Shown: piece after piece, positions 11,146 to 24,335 of the stretch | How positions within the stretch are numbered: position 1 is the stretch's first letter | How the letters are laid out: each line of letters opens with the position of its first letter | DNA from: Epithemia pelagica | Taxonomy: Eukaryota; Protista; Bacillariophyta | Reading direction: 5' to 3' | DNA length: 64,000 bases | NCBI GenBank assembly: GCA_946965045.2 | Contig: OX337237.1 | Coordinates: 682,001-746,000, forward strand | The notes under the pieces: model-generated | What the model was told of the DNA's origin: nothing | Seen by the model: only the letters and a program-made list of their open reading frames with translations | Database searches by the model: none | Translations under genes and position numbers: made by a program

Positions 11146-12249
11146 ATGGAGGATATGAAAGAGCAAGTACGTTGGTCTGGACTCGTACTGGGGAACAACA
11201 ATCAAGATGAACCGCAATGGAATATCAAATACGGACTGCGTCAGCAATGGAAGCACGCATCGGTTGTGATACAGGCTCCCCACAATGAAAAGGAAGAAAT
11301 TATTGTCGTCTTGGGGGGCAAAATAGAAGGGAGTTCTTATTCGAAGTCCACTAACACAGTTTCTCTTCTAAATAGTGATGGAAGCAAATACGAGCAATGT
11401 CCAAGAGGTCCCAGTATGAATGAAAGGCGAGTAGGACTAGCAGGGGTTTTCTGCAATGGCTGTGTCTACGCCATTGGAGGATTGAAGCGGGATTCCATGG
11501 AGCGGATTCAAGTCTCAGATTTACTATCAAGTGCTTATTGGAACAAGAGTCAGAAGGAAACGCCATGGGAAAAATTAAAGTGCCGTTTGTCTACGACGCA
11601 GCGAGGCTCGTGCTCAGCTACCGTTGTTCAAAACAGGTACATTGTAATTGGAAGAGGACATGTTAATGGAAGTGTCGATATTGTTGATACAGCTCAAGCA
11701 AGTCAACCTTTCATTTTCCAGGGACCAGCCCTGAATGTTCCTCGTAGCAAGTACGGGATGGCCGCCGTTGGTTCGCGTGTCTACGTCATTGGTGGAAGGA
11801 AGATTATTGGAAGACAAGAAAAGCTAACCTCGGTCGAATATTTGGACTTATTGCCTGTTTTGGGCAGTGATGGACGTGATTCCGATGAATCGGACCTTGC
11901 ACCTTCCTTGTCATGGAAAATGCACCAGGATCTGGTTCTTCCCATTCCTCAAGTGTGTTATTCTGTTGTTCGCGTTGGATCTTGCCTGGTTGTGCTCGGA
12001 GGTCGTAATGACACTAGAGTGCGATCCGTGGAGGTTCTTGACACGAAACGTAATAAAGTCTGGGGCCTTCCTGACTTGAGGGATGAAGGAGGCGAGCTTA
12101 GCGCAGCAGTTGCTGTTTTCAATGGAATTGTTGTTCTTGGAGGTGACATGGCTTCCTGGAAGACCTTTGCAATACTTCCATTGATGGATAAGAACTCTGC
12201 CGTGTACAAGTGTTTGTTGGATAGTCCTTCATTGAACGAAATTGATTGA
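11146..12249 (+). CDS. Kelch-repeat protein K2 (367 aa, intact)
   Basis: Same Kelch architecture and terminal motifs as K1. Confidence 0.88.
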   Translation: MEDMKEQVRWSGLVLGNNNQDEPQWNIKYGLRQQWKHASVVIQAPHNEKEEIIVVLGGKIEGSSYSKSTNTVSLLNSDGSKYEQCPRGPSMNERRVGLAGVFCNGCVYAIGGLKRDSMERIQVSDLLSSAYWNKSQKETPWEKLKCRLSTTQRGSCSATVVQNRYIVIGRGHVNGSVDIVDTAQASQPFIFQGPALNVPRSKYGMAAVGSRVYVIGGRKIIGRQEKLTSVEYLDLLPVLGSDGRDSDESDLAPSLSWKMHQDLVLPIPQVCYSVVRVGSCLVVLGGRNDTRVRSVEVLDTKRNKVWGLPDLRDEGGELSAAVAVFNGIVVLGGDMASWKTFAILPLMDKNSAVYKCLLDSPSLNEID

Positions 12250-12783
12250 ATGTTGGCCGTAGATGATTCTTGTGACCCATAATAGTACTGAAAGGAAACT
12301 CACCTTCGTTTTGCCGCGGCGAGAAGGAGAAATACCCAATTATGCCAGCAGTCTAGAGACATTTTCCATCCGAGTTACGATTGAAAACATCATCGTTTTG
12401 TTTGTATTGTAAGTTTCTCTTTCCGTCTATCTCTTCTATTGTTTGGTTCTGTGGTTTGTTCCTTCCCTAATAGGTCATTCTTGGTGGAGTGATGGCCCTG
12501 AACTGGTTCGGTGGTGCTTGTTTTCATACTTATCCCTTACTCAATCCCACGAACGTTTGGGAGATCGAAGTCATGTGGAACTCAAAATCTCTACACCAAA
12601 ATCTTAGAAGCTACGGTTTTTTATCGTGGCCATGTGGAACTGAAAGTCTATATACTTCAAAACCGGAGCAACCGTTGTTACTCCAAAACCCAACAACAGT
12701 TGTGCCAGAAACCACCACGATCTTCTATAAGCCATTTCAACAGTGTTTCTTCCATTGTGCCGGTTGGATGGCACAATCTTAGG

Positions 12784-13890
12784 ATGGAGGATATGAAAGA
12801 GCAAGCACGTTTGTCTGGACTTGTATTGGGGAACAACAATCAAGATGAAGTACAATGGAATATCAAAGAATACGAATTGGGTCCGCGATTGGACTACGAA
12901 TCGGTTGTGGTACATGCTCCCTATGATAAAAAGGAAGATGTTATTGTCGTATTGGGGGGCCTGATACCAATGCGACTTTATTCCGAGGTTACGAAAACAG
13001 TTTCTCTTCTAAATAGTGATGGAAGCAAATACGAGCAATGTCCAAGAGGTCCCAGTATGAATGAAAGGCGAGTAGGACTAGCAGGGGTTTTCTGCAATGG
13101 CTGTGTCTACGCCATTGGAGGATTGAAGCGGGATTCCATGGAGCGGATTCAAGTCTCAGATTTACTATCAAGTGCTTATTGGAACAAGAGTCAGAAGGAA
13201 ACGCCATGGGAAAAATTAAAGTGCCGTTTGTCTACGACGCAGCGAGGCTCGTGCTCAGCTACCGTTGTTCAAAACAGGTACATTGTAATTGGAAGAGGAC
13301 ATGTTAATGGAAGTGTCGATATTGTTGATACAGTTCGAGCAAGTCAACCTTTCATTTTCCAGGGACCAGCCCTGAATGTTCCTCGTAGCAAGTACGGGAT
13401 GGCCGCCGTTGGTTCGCGTGTCTACGTCATTGGTGGAAGGAAGATTATTGGAAGACAAGAAAAGCTAACCTCGGTCGAATATTTGGACTTGTAGACTGAT
13501 TCAGGCAAAGATGGACGTGATTCTGAAGAATCGGACCCTGCGCCTTCTTTGTCATGGAAAATGCACAAGGATCTGGTTCTTCCCATCCCACGTGTGGGGC
13601 ATTCTGTTGTCCGCGTTGGATCTTGCCTCGTTGTGCTCGGAGGTCGTAATGACACTAGAGTGCGTTCCGTGGAGGTTCTTGACACGAAACGCAATAAAGT
13701 CTGGAGCCTTCCTGAATTGAGGGAAGCACGAGGCCCTGAGCTTAAAGCAGTTGCTGTTTTCAATGGAATTGTTGTTCATGGAGAAGACATGGCTACCTGG
13801 AAGACCTTTGAAATGCTTCCATTGATGGATAAGAACTCTGCCGTGTTCAAGTGTTTGTTGGATGGTCCTTCATTGAAAGAATTTGATTGA
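12784..13890 (+). pseudogene. Kelch-repeat gene K3 with one premature stop
   Basis: ATG at 12784 (MEDMKEQ); in-frame TAG at 13492-13494 where paralogs have TTG; the same frame continues to 13890. Confidence 0.82.
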
Positions 13891-14213
13891 ATGTTGGCAG
13901 TAGATGATACTTGTGACCCATTCTAGTACTGAAAGGAATGGAGTTGTACTCCTCTCTCGTTTTGCCGCTGTGAGAAGGAGAAATACCCAAGGACGCCAGC
14001 AGTCTAGAGACATTTTCCATCCGAGTTACGATTGAAAGCATCATCGTGTTGTTCGTATTGTTAGTTTTGCTTTCCGTCTATCTCTTCTACAGTTTAGTCC
14101 TGTGGTTTGTTCCTTCCCCATTGGGTCATTCTTGATGGAGTTATGGCCGTCAGGGCGTTACAAAGCCCTATTCGGTCGTATTCAAGGGTTTTGGCAAGAC
14201 ATGTTCTTGCGCT

Positions 14214-15710
14214 CTAGGACGACGAGGCTTTTGGTGACTTCCAATCCGCCTTGGTCAATTCGTGACAGGCTTGCCACAGAGCTGCCACTGCTTGGTCGGA
14301 ACGGTCCGGATTGGGCAATCGCGGGGTCGTACGACGAGCTCCTCCCACAAAGGGTCCCAACATTTCCAAGGGTGGAAACGCGGGTCGATTGGTGGACATG
14401 GTATCCCATGGTCCAATGTGCAATGGATAGGGCTGCAAATAGATTGAATCGCTGATGTCACGGGAGCGACACGTGGCGGCCGCCACTGTTGTTTCGCATC
14501 CTTGTGCATTGGTCAAATAAATAGCGGATTGAATCCATTGAATCAGTTTGGGAAAACTTCTCCAAATATCCGAATTGCTGTTTTTTGTAATACCACAACC
14601 AAACAAACAAGAAGAAGAACAACAAACATAATAAGAATAAGCACGACAGCCCTAAGGGACAAACAGAAAAACCGAAAACATCCACATCCACACACACACA
14701 CACGAGTGGTTCCACGGTTCGCAGTCCTTTCGGCACACTTACACGCCTCCGGGATTGACGGCCACCGACCGGACGCGATTCGTCTTGGGATTTTGGTCGG
14801 TATCAAAATACCGTCGATTCAATTCCACAGTAAACAAGAGGGCGGCCAATTTGGACAGGGCATAGGTATTGGTAGGACGCGTGGCAAACCAAGCGACTCG
14901 GTGCCAAAAGTCCACCTGATGCAGTTCGTGGGTATGGTCACCACAATAATGATGCATGACGGACGATAAATTGACAATGCGAGCCACTTCATTGTCGTCA
15001 TTACTCTTGTTGTTGGTGTTGTTGTTGTTGAGGGGTTGTTGCAAGAGTGGGAGTAGTTCAGCGGTCAAGAGATAATGTCCGACAAAATTGGCTTGAAACA
15101 AGAGATCCAAGGATTTGTTCTTGGAGTTTCCAGCTCTGCCGTGTTGGGGAGATTCTCCCGAGGTATTGCGTCCAGCATTGTTGACCAAGACATGAATTTT
15201 GCGATAGTCTTGCTTGACATGCTGGACAAATTCGTGAATGGACTCGAAACTGCACAAATCCAAGGGATGAACAAAAATGGCCTTGCCTTGTTGACGTCGT
15301 TGTTGACTACTGGAATCCTTTTGTTGTTGTTGTTGTTGTTGCTGTTGAATGTGTCGATTGATTTCCTGTACAGCCCGTTTGGCCTTGTCACGAGATCGAC
15401 AGGCCAAAATGACTGTCATGCCATAGACGACCGCCAATCGTTTTGCCGTTTCAAAGCCAATGCCTGTATTGGATCCTGTCACAATGGCCACAATTGGATG
15501 TGTCGTCGTGGATGATGAAAATTGTTGCTGGTCTGGAGATGGCAAGGGCATCCAATCACTGCCAGCAGCCGTCACTGGATGATGACGAGCAGGAAGGAAT
15601 GGTTGCGACAATAAGGAGACCCACGCCCGTTGGAAAAAGGTATAGGTTACGGCAACTATGGCAAAGGGAGCAAAGGTCCATGTTGGATAATAGGGTGCGG
15701 AACTCAGCAT
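14214..15710 (-). CDS. Short-chain dehydrogenase/reductase (retinol dehydrogenase/WWOX-like), two exons
   Basis: TGSNTGIG, NNAG, NLSS and YALSK motifs. Intron GTAAGT at 14742 to CAG ending 14578 gives VNPGGV-NSDIWR; exons 15710-14743 and 14577-14214 total 1332 nt (443 aa). Confidence 0.9.
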
Positions 15711-15999
15711 TTTTTGATTGTGTGCGGATCTAATGTGGTTCTTTTACGTTTACGGATCTTATCTATTGAGATCCCTCCCATTGCATCATCACAGTGATCA
15801 ATGATGTTCCGATGTTGATGCACGTATTCAACCGCGACCCAGAGGCGTCTGGGGAGTGATGAGTCACAGATGGCAATGGATCTGGAGCTTCGATGGGTTC
15901 TTCACGACTCATTCCTTGGGCGCGATCTTTTGTTCAGCCGTTTTTGGGTCTTTTCAAAAAGCATGCCGAATCTGCACAAACCCAATTAAAAGAGAGACC

Positions 16000-18021
16000 A
16001 TGAAAGCACCCACCGAATCCGACCCATCCTCATCTTCTTCTACTTCTTCGTTTGCCACGGTGGATACACCGTGGGGATATCCCTCTGCCTTGACGTTTTT
16101 GCTAGAAACCAAGAATTACAATCCAGGCCTTTTGCCACGATGTGTCCCCGAATTGCAAATTTTGGAACTGCAAGGAATCATCAAAGAAAAGGACGAATGG
16201 CGGACCAAGATTCACAATCCTACCATTGCTACAACAATTAGATGACGTCTATTGCAGCGGTTCGCCACCATTAACCACACCAACGAGCCCTCTCAGCACG
16301 TTGACGCTTTCCTCCTTTCCTCGCACTCATGACTATCATGTCCAAATGGTCGACTTTGCCATTGCTGAATGTCAGTATTGGGCATCGCACTATCAAGAAG
16401 GACCCGTACGGCCTGCAGCCGTCGATGGCGTTAAGGTAAGAGACGATCTCAATACAGACTTGCTCGCCGACTTGTTGCGTGAGATTGCCGTGTTGCGAAA
16501 CCAACCGGCCATTGGATCGACCGAAATTGACCGCCATCCTGGATCTCTGCAAATTGTCGATTTGGTACATCCTTCCATGTATGCCTATGAGAAAGGACAA
16601 ACCATGGTATTGGAGGGAGCTGCTGGAGGAGCTCAGGTGACGCAAATGCCCGAATGGTCGTCCTATTTGAGCAAACAACAACAAGACGTCATGGTAGAAG
16701 AACCAGGAGAAAATCAAGTAGGATCATCCTACAGACCACTTCCTTTCGGCCTGCAGTCGGAGTGTGGTTTGCAATGGTTGCCGGCCGAATTTCGAGTGTC
16801 GGCCGACGGTCAAGACTGTGAGATTTCCAGCTATATCAATTCCTTGCATCCCATTCAACATGCTGCATTGTATCCACTGATTGGCAAACTCTTTTGTCAC
16901 TGCGTACCCTTGTTGGAACAAGTCTTGGCCGAATTGGGAGACTGGCACCCATTCCAAAATTCTCGACATGTACGGTATACGCCGCCCTCGGCTCGAGACC
17001 GTCACCGTCGTATCGATCCGGGTTTCGATTGGTGGAATGGACGACCCCTGAAACGAGACGACTACGAACAACAACAACAACAACAATAACAGAGTCGTGA
17101 AAAAGACGAAACAGAGGAGCCAGCGACAAGACGACCCTATGACGAGTATTACTTGCATTGGTATGAAGACGCGGCCAATTTTCGTCCTCCCACAATTCCA
17201 AAATTTCAATCACATCCTGCTCCACAGTTTACGCAAGAACGAGCCTCAGTATCACTCCGCAACCGACCTCTTCAAGTGATTGTCAAGATTGCATCCATGG
17301 AACTTGACCCCGAACAAGACCAAAAAACACTGGACAAGGATACTTCTTCCTTATCGTCCTATGATGGTGGCGTATGGCACGTCGAAGGTAGTTTGGGAGA
17401 ACGAATTGTGGCAACGGCTTGTTGTTATTTGGAATGTACCAATGTTCAGGGAGGTGCATTGGCCTTTCGGACCAGTGTTCAAGAACCAGAAGATTACCGA
17501 CAATTTGATCATACCGGTGTCCAACTCATGTATAACTTGGTCACGGAAGGCACATTGTTGCAACCATCCGGATCGCCCTGTGTCACCAAGCAAGGTCGTA
17601 TTTTGGCCTGGCCCAATACCAAACAACATTGTGTCCAACCGGTCCAGTTGGTGGACTCCACGAAACCGGGAAAACGTACTATTTGTTGCTTCTTTTTGGT
17701 CGATCCGACAGTCCGCATTCGATCGACTGCGACAGTTCCTCCACAACAAGAGGCTTGGGTCGTCCAAGCACAAGAGCAAGAAGCAGTCTTGGACTCATCC
17801 TCCTCCCTCGGACCAGCTTTGACAAGTACGGACCCAGAATCAGACTCTACAAGTGCTAAAGTGACCAGTAGTGGCCACAAGGATCGCAGAACCAGTCTCC
17901 TAACATACAAACAGGCCTGTGAACGGCGCCAACGACTCATGACAGAACGGTCTGCATGTAAGAACCACAAGAAGAAGGCGATCCTGGTATTGTTCGCACT
18001 TTTTCCTTATGTGAACACTAA
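16000..18021 (+). pseudogene. DUF4246 copy D2, full length but disrupted
   Basis: ATG at 16000; 23-nt deletion versus D1 near 16229 (frameshift); CAA-to-TAA stop at 17087-17089; a further frameshift near 17960 before VRTFSLCEH* (stop 18019-18021). Confidence 0.85.
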
Positions 18022-18679
18022 AGGTGATAGAATCCGGAGAGAGAGTACTGAAAAAAGCGCGATATTACATCAACGTCTATGAGGAACTAAAAAGTGTGCT
18101 GAAACAAAGGAACTTTGCAGGCGGTTTGGTGGTGTAGATACTCTGGGTCTGACAGGCAAACCAGGAGCCTCAACGGCTTTCCCACGGAAGCCTATACTCG
18201 GGCTAGGGCTTAGTATCCAACAAAGCCGATGAAACACTGGAAGGCCACGACAGGACAAGGACTACAGCCGTGGTAATGTCTTTGAAGTCATGGAAAGATG
18301 AAATGCTCGAGGAGGAATCAAAGGATGTATAGCTTCGAACCGGAGAACATGTGAGAAGTGATTTTGCTTACGCGCCAAAATTTTGGATGGACTTTTCCCG
18401 TGAACTCGATTGTGGACACAACCCCGGACCATGGAAGACAATGAAAGAAAATGTGAGACGTGATAGCCCTTTGGGTTTTGAATATGCTGAAACTTGACTC
18501 TTTTCTGGATTGTGAACACGACAAACTTTCCATAATGTGTGGTGTGGGCCACCAAAGTTTTGGACTTTCCCGTGAACGGCAACTCTTTTGTGGATTTTGC
18601 ACACAAAGTCTCGGATCATGGAACTCAGAAACCCATCCGTTCCATCCAGACATTATTTTCCCCATTAAACAGCTTTACG

Positions 18680-19840
18680 ATGCAGGATATGAAAGAGCAG
18701 ATACGCTTGTCCGGACTCGTTTTGGGGAACAATCAAGAAGAACCACAATGGATTACAAAGCCATTTGGACTGTGTAAACGTTGGTTGCATGCATTGGTTG
18801 TGATACATGCTCCTTATAATGAAAAAGAAGAAATTATCGTCGTTTTGGGAGGCTTTGATCCCTCTTCCGATGCCACTCGTACTAGATCGGTATTTCTTTT
18901 CAATGGTGATGGAAGCAGACGCAAGCAACAACCAAGAGGTCCCCGGATGAATGAACGGCGAGTCGGACATGCTGGTGTTGTCTGTAACGGTCGTGTCTAC
19001 GCCATTGGAGGAGGAAATAACAGCAATCCCCTGGATACAATTGAGTGCATTGATGTCATTGATTTACTACATCCAAGTGCTCATTTGAACAAGACTGAGA
19101 AGAAAACACCATGGAAAACATTGAAGTGCCGTTTGTCTACGACGCAGCGAGGCTCGTGCTCAGCTGCCGTTGTCCAAAACAGGTACATTGTAATTGCCGG
19201 AGCAGCTCGAGGAGGGAATGTGGATATTGTTGACGTATCTCAAGCAAGTCAACCTTTCATTTTCCAGGGACCATCCATGACTGTTCCTCGTTGCAAGTTC
19301 GGGATGGCGGCCATTGGTTCACGTGTCTTCGTCATTGGTGGATACAATAAGATGACTGGAGGAGAGGAGCAGTCACCTTCAGTTGAATACTTGGACTTGT
19401 CGACTGATTCAGGCAACTATGGAAGTGGTTTTCAAGAATCGACCCTTGCATCTTCTTTGTCATGGAAAATGCACAAGGATCTAGTTCTTTCTGTCCCTCG
19501 AGTGGGACATTCTGTTGTCCGTGTTGGATCATGCCTGGTTGTGGTCGGAGGTCGATTTCCGATTAAAAATGAAGCGGGTGATAGACTTGTGATCGAAGAG
19601 ATTGATGCGAATCTTCCCGTCGAAGTTCTTGACACGAAACGCAATAAAGTCTGGAGCCTTCCTGATCTGAGGCATGAACGAGGCGAGCTTGGCGCAGCAG
19701 TTGCCATGTCCAATGAAATTGTTGTTGTTGGAGGTGACATGAGATTTTGCAAGACCTCTGAAAGGATTCCGTTGATGGACAAGAACTCGGCTGTGTACAA
19801 GCGTTTGCTGGATCGTCCGGTAGTGCGAGAATTCGAATGA
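18680..19840 (+). CDS. Kelch-repeat protein K4 (386 aa, intact)
   Basis: ATG at 18680 (MQDMKEQIRLSGLVLG); Kelch GG motifs; ends IPLMDKNSAVYKRLLD... Confidence 0.88.
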   Translation: MQDMKEQIRLSGLVLGNNQEEPQWITKPFGLCKRWLHALVVIHAPYNEKEEIIVVLGGFDPSSDATRTRSVFLFNGDGSRRKQQPRGPRMNERRVGHAGVVCNGRVYAIGGGNNSNPLDTIECIDVIDLLHPSAHLNKTEKKTPWKTLKCRLSTTQRGSCSAAVVQNRYIVIAGAARGGNVDIVDVSQASQPFIFQGPSMTVPRCKFGMAAIGSRVFVIGGYNKMTGGEEQSPSVEYLDLSTDSGNYGSGFQESTLASSLSWKMHKDLVLSVPRVGHSVVRVGSCLVVVGGRFPIKNEAGDRLVIEEIDANLPVEVLDTKRNKVWSLPDLRHERGELGAAVAMSNEIVVVGGDMRFCKTSERIPLMDKNSAVYKRLLDRPVVREFE

Positions 19841-21407
19841 ATGTTCCCATTGAACGATACTTGTGTAGAATGACCCATTATAGTACTGAAATGAATGGAG
19901 TTGTATTCCTCCCTCTTTTCGCCGCTGCGAGAAATAGAAAGATCCAATGATGACAGCAGTGCAGAGTTTAGCACTCCATCGGAGTGAGAAGGACCTGCAT
20001 GCGGTCCACTCTCTCTCTCCTTTTCTGCTCTGCGGTTTGTCCGTTATCCATTGGGTCGTTCTTGCTGGAGTTTTTGGCCCACTTGGTGTGACGAAAGGCA
20101 TTTAAAGTAAGGGATGTCTTGGTCCTGGATGGAAGCCAACTTCTCGATCTAATACATCACAACCTTGGTACACAGTTGTTTTTGGAGACTCTACGTCATC
20201 TTTTTCTGTTCAATAGAGCAAACGAGATTCTTTTGTCTCCTTGTGGTGCATACAGCCCAAGGGTCGCATCAAACCAAAATTTAATACCGTACACCGGCCG
20301 AGGCCATATAGTGGTTCGACATCAACTGTTCTGGAGCTCTCATTCTCTCTCACTCATGTTCAATCTCAAGATGAGAGCTAGAGATTCACATTGCCCCCCA
20401 GCGTTGTCAGAAGTGTGAAGCCGCTGAGGTATTTACACTTTCTTCTCCTACCTAATACGTACAAATTACACATGCGATCGAACCGCGACCGATTGTTGCT
20501 TTGGTTTTCTTATTGCGTGAAAAGGATTTCATCTCGGCATCATGTCAACTGCCCGTGCGAAATATATAATACACTACAACATGTTTCATTCTCTTGTAAG
20601 CAACAGTGATGGTTCGTTTCAGTTCAGGTGTGTTTCAACCGTGTTTCATGACGTGCTGACCATGTTCACCGCCTCCGCGTGTATCTTGTGTCAAACAAGA
20701 ACCTTTGTGCGGTTTCTTGCACCTGCCGTCTCATCCATGTCTTGGATCAGATACTTTCATATACAGGTTGGAAGGTCGTCGACGCATACAACAAGGGCGC
20801 AAAACCTCAAACAATCATCTCATATTTATCTTCATTGATTTCCTTTGGCCAAAACGGTTGCGATTGCCGCGTATCAAGGCGTCCTGGAACCGCTTTGCAA
20901 GCGGAAGGATGGCAGTACTTCGGCTGTTGAAGGATTGCAGCCATCCCTGCAAGCCATCATTTGATGTCACGAAAGTGGAGCACCCCCAGCACTTTGGACC
21001 ACACTAAAACGCATATAGAACCATTCGGAGACGAGGACACCAACTTTCCATTTTCGAAACCTTTCACAAGGACTGTTGATCCGAGATTATGGCGATGTTA
21101 TCACTTTCTCTGGCATGGCAAACCTTTCTCGCCTTGTCTCTATTCTCAGATCACGAAACTCTTAACAACAACGCCACATGGATGATTGAATGCTGGACCA
21201 CAGCATGGGAATCTTGCCTCATCTAGGCGCATAAATACGACAATTAGATAAAATGAAATATGCGATATCGCCATGGCTTGGGGCGTCAAAATTTTCGATC
21301 TTTCCCGTGAACGGTGGAACATACTCGGTCTTGGGCTTTGGGTGGCAGAGTATCCAGCAACAAAGCCGTAGCGCCACGACAGGACGACGACTACACCAGT
21401 CGCAATG

Positions 21408-21569
21408 TCTACGTCATGGAATGATGAAATGCTGGAGGCTCGAACGATTCAACAGAAGGTAACCGAATCTCTTGGTTCATGTATTCGTTCTACGTCATGG
21501 GATGATGAAATAATGGAGGCTCGAACGATTCAACAGAAGGTAACCGAATCTCTTGGTTCATGTATTTGT
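21408..21569. repeat. 81-bp tandem duplication in the conserved spacer upstream of K5
   Basis: Two near-identical copies of tctacgtcatgg...ttggttcatgtatt starting at 21408 and 21489. Confidence 0.9.
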
Positions 21570-21858
21570 ACATCATACTACACCTACCCCGTACTCAATC
21601 CCACAAACATGTGTTAGATCGGTGTTCGAGTTTTCTCGTCAACGATCTACCAGCTGTGGAACTCACAGACTCTACGCCTACGCCAAAACCTGAGAAACAA
21701 CGGTTTTGTCGATCGTGGACACAGTCCGTCTCCGAGTCAGTCTATACTTCAAAACCAGCGCAACAGTTTTGCAACACACAACCACGATCTTCTTACTTCA
21801 CCATCACCCATCCCAACTTATTTCTTAAGTTGTGGTGGTTGGATGAGACTGTTTTGCG

Positions 21859-22975
21859 ATGGAGGACATGAAAGAGCAAGCACGTTTGTCTGGACTCGTT
21901 TTGGGGGAAAACCAATATGAACCTCAATGGAATATCAAATACGAACTTCAATCACGCATTGGTTGTGGTAAATGCTCCCCACAATGAAAAGGAAGAAATT
22001 ATTGATGTATTGGGGGGCAACATAAAACAGCGTTTTGAAAAGCACACTACGAGATCAGTTTCCCTTTTAAATAGTGATGGAAGCGAATACAAGCGACAAC
22101 CAAGAGGTCCCAGGATGAATCAATGGCGAGTAGGACTTGCAGGGGTTTTCTGTAATGGCTATGTCTACGCTATTGGAGGATGGGACCGGGATTCCATGGA
22201 GCGGATTCGAGTCTCAGATTTACTGTCAAGTGATCATTTGAGCAAGACTGAGAAGAAAACACCATGGAAAACATTGAAGTGCCGATTGTCAACGACGCAG
22301 CGAGGCTCGTGCTCAGCTACTGCTGTCCAAAACAGGTACATTGTAATTGGTGGAGCAGATCAGAGGGGAAACGTGGATATTCTTGACATATCTCAAGCAA
22401 GACAACCTTTCATTTTCCACGGACCACCCCTGACTTTTCCTCGTACCCAGTTCGGGTTGGCGGCTATTGGTTCTCGTGTCTACGTCATTGGTGGATACAA
22501 GATGACTGGAGGAGAGGAGCAGTCAACTCCAGTCGAATACTTGGATTTGTTGACTGATTCAGGCAACGATAGACGTGAGTTTCAAGAATCGACCCGTGCA
22601 TCTAATTTGTCATGGAAAATGCACAAGGATCTGGTTCTTTCTGTTCCTCGAGTGGGACATTCTGTTGTCCGTGTTGGGTCATGTCTGGGTATCATCGGTG
22701 GTCATCGTAACCATGGATTTTCTGTTGAAAATGGAGCTGACGATAGCGTGCATTCAGTGGAGGTTTTTGACACGAAACACAATAAAGTCTGGAGCCTTCC
22801 GGACCTTTGGGAAGCACGAGGCAGCGAGCTTTCAGCAGTTTCTGTTTTAAATGGAATTGTGATACTTGGATGTGACATGAGATGCAAGATCATTGCAAGG
22901 CTTCCATTGATGGATAAGAACTTGGCTGTGTACAAGCGTTTGTTGGATGGTCCTTTATTGAGCGCTTTCGATTGA
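21859..22975 (+). pseudogene. Kelch-repeat gene K5, frameshifted near the 5' end (alternative ATG at 21917 gives 352 aa)
   Basis: Conserved ATG at 21859 reads MEDMKEQARLSGLVLGENQYEPQWNIKYELQ, then loses frame (net 11-nt deletion versus K2 near 21950); the rest is open from ATG 21917. Confidence 0.75.
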
Positions 22976-23335
22976 ATGTGTGCATTAAATGATCGTACGT
23001 GTGCCCCATTATAACACTGAAATAAATGGAGTTATACTCTTTCCTCCGTATGCATGGAGTAGATAGACCAAATGATGCCAGCAGTCTAGACAATTTCCAT
23101 CCGAGATATGATGGCAACATCATTGTTTTGTTTGAAATACGAACAAAGTGTAGTGCTAGTCGAGAAATTGCAGTAGAGCGAGGAGGGTCTACATTCGGTC
23201 TACTCTGCTTGGCTCTCTCTCTCTCTCTCTTTGGCTCTGTGGTTTGTTTCTTCACTATTGGGTCATTCTTGTTGGTGTAATGACCTTCGGGGCCTCGTAA
23301 GCCGTATTTGGTACAGAGGTTCTGGAAAGACATGT

Positions 23336-24318
23336 TTAATAAAAGAGATTTGTTCCTGGATGCAGGCAACAAACGTATAAAGAGTCAACAACCATATGAT
23401 AATTGCAATTCAAATTCCTGGATCCATGAAGGATGGAACGCACAATTGTGGTCGTCGTCGCAATGATGATGATGATGATCTCCCAGTTGTGCTGGTTGGG
23501 ATGGACGTGTACGTTTGCAACAAGACCACGGGTTCCGAAACGACAACCCAAATGGTAGTTACAATTGGGGGGGGGTGGGGGTGGGGGTTGGTGTCGTCGG
23601 CTCCATTCGACTTGGACACGTTCGAAATATTGGCACGAAGGCTGCCACTGCAAGTGCCGGTAAGCAGGTGAACCGGGTTTGGACCGTGCCATGACGAAAT
23701 GTCGTTGTCGTGGTGGTGGTGATTATTGTGCCCCCGTGGTCAGGTTCGCGTGAACCCAGACGACGAATGTGAACCTTGCTGGGCGATGTATTGGAAATGT
23801 ACAAGACGATCTCATGATCATCGTCAACACATCCTGGGTCTGGGTCCTTGTCCTGGTCCATGGAAATGACTTTCTGGTTCAACACACGTGTGTTGTGGTT
23901 CTTGTTTGTGTGCTTCCGGATGGCTCTTCTTTGTACAAGTTGGTAGTAGCTTTCGAGAATGAGAATGGCAGCAGTCCCCGGTAGGGCAGTAGTAGTAGCC
24001 GTAGGAGTCGTATCTGGTGTTTGTTGTTGTTGTTGTCATTCTGGCTGTAGCTGGTTGGTGTTGTTCTTCTTTGGATGGAGCACAAGACCCATGCAAAGAA
24101 AGAAGAAAAGGTGTTTGTAGTTGCGACGACTCCATGGCGATCCAACCTCTTTTTTCGGTGCTGCCTTTGTTCTTGTTGTTGCTCCCTGTTGCTACGTTGC
24201 TCTCAACCATTGCCGACCAGTCTAGTGGTGTTGTTGTCACCATTCCTGTTTGTGGTTCTGTGAAGCAACAGTCAGTTGCAACATCCTGTTCCAACGGGGT
24301 GTTTTTCCTCCGTTCCAT
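23336..24318 (-). pseudogene. Degraded N-terminal part of a GT10-like gene (second copy)
   Basis: Broken frames include LQWQPSCQYF and NVHVHPNQHNWEIIII, the latter matching NAHIQPNQHNRAIIII at the start of the GT10 fragment at 25187; DNA at 23460-23520 matches 25130-25185. Confidence 0.5.
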
Positions 24319-24335
24319 CCGTCTTGTTTTCCAGT

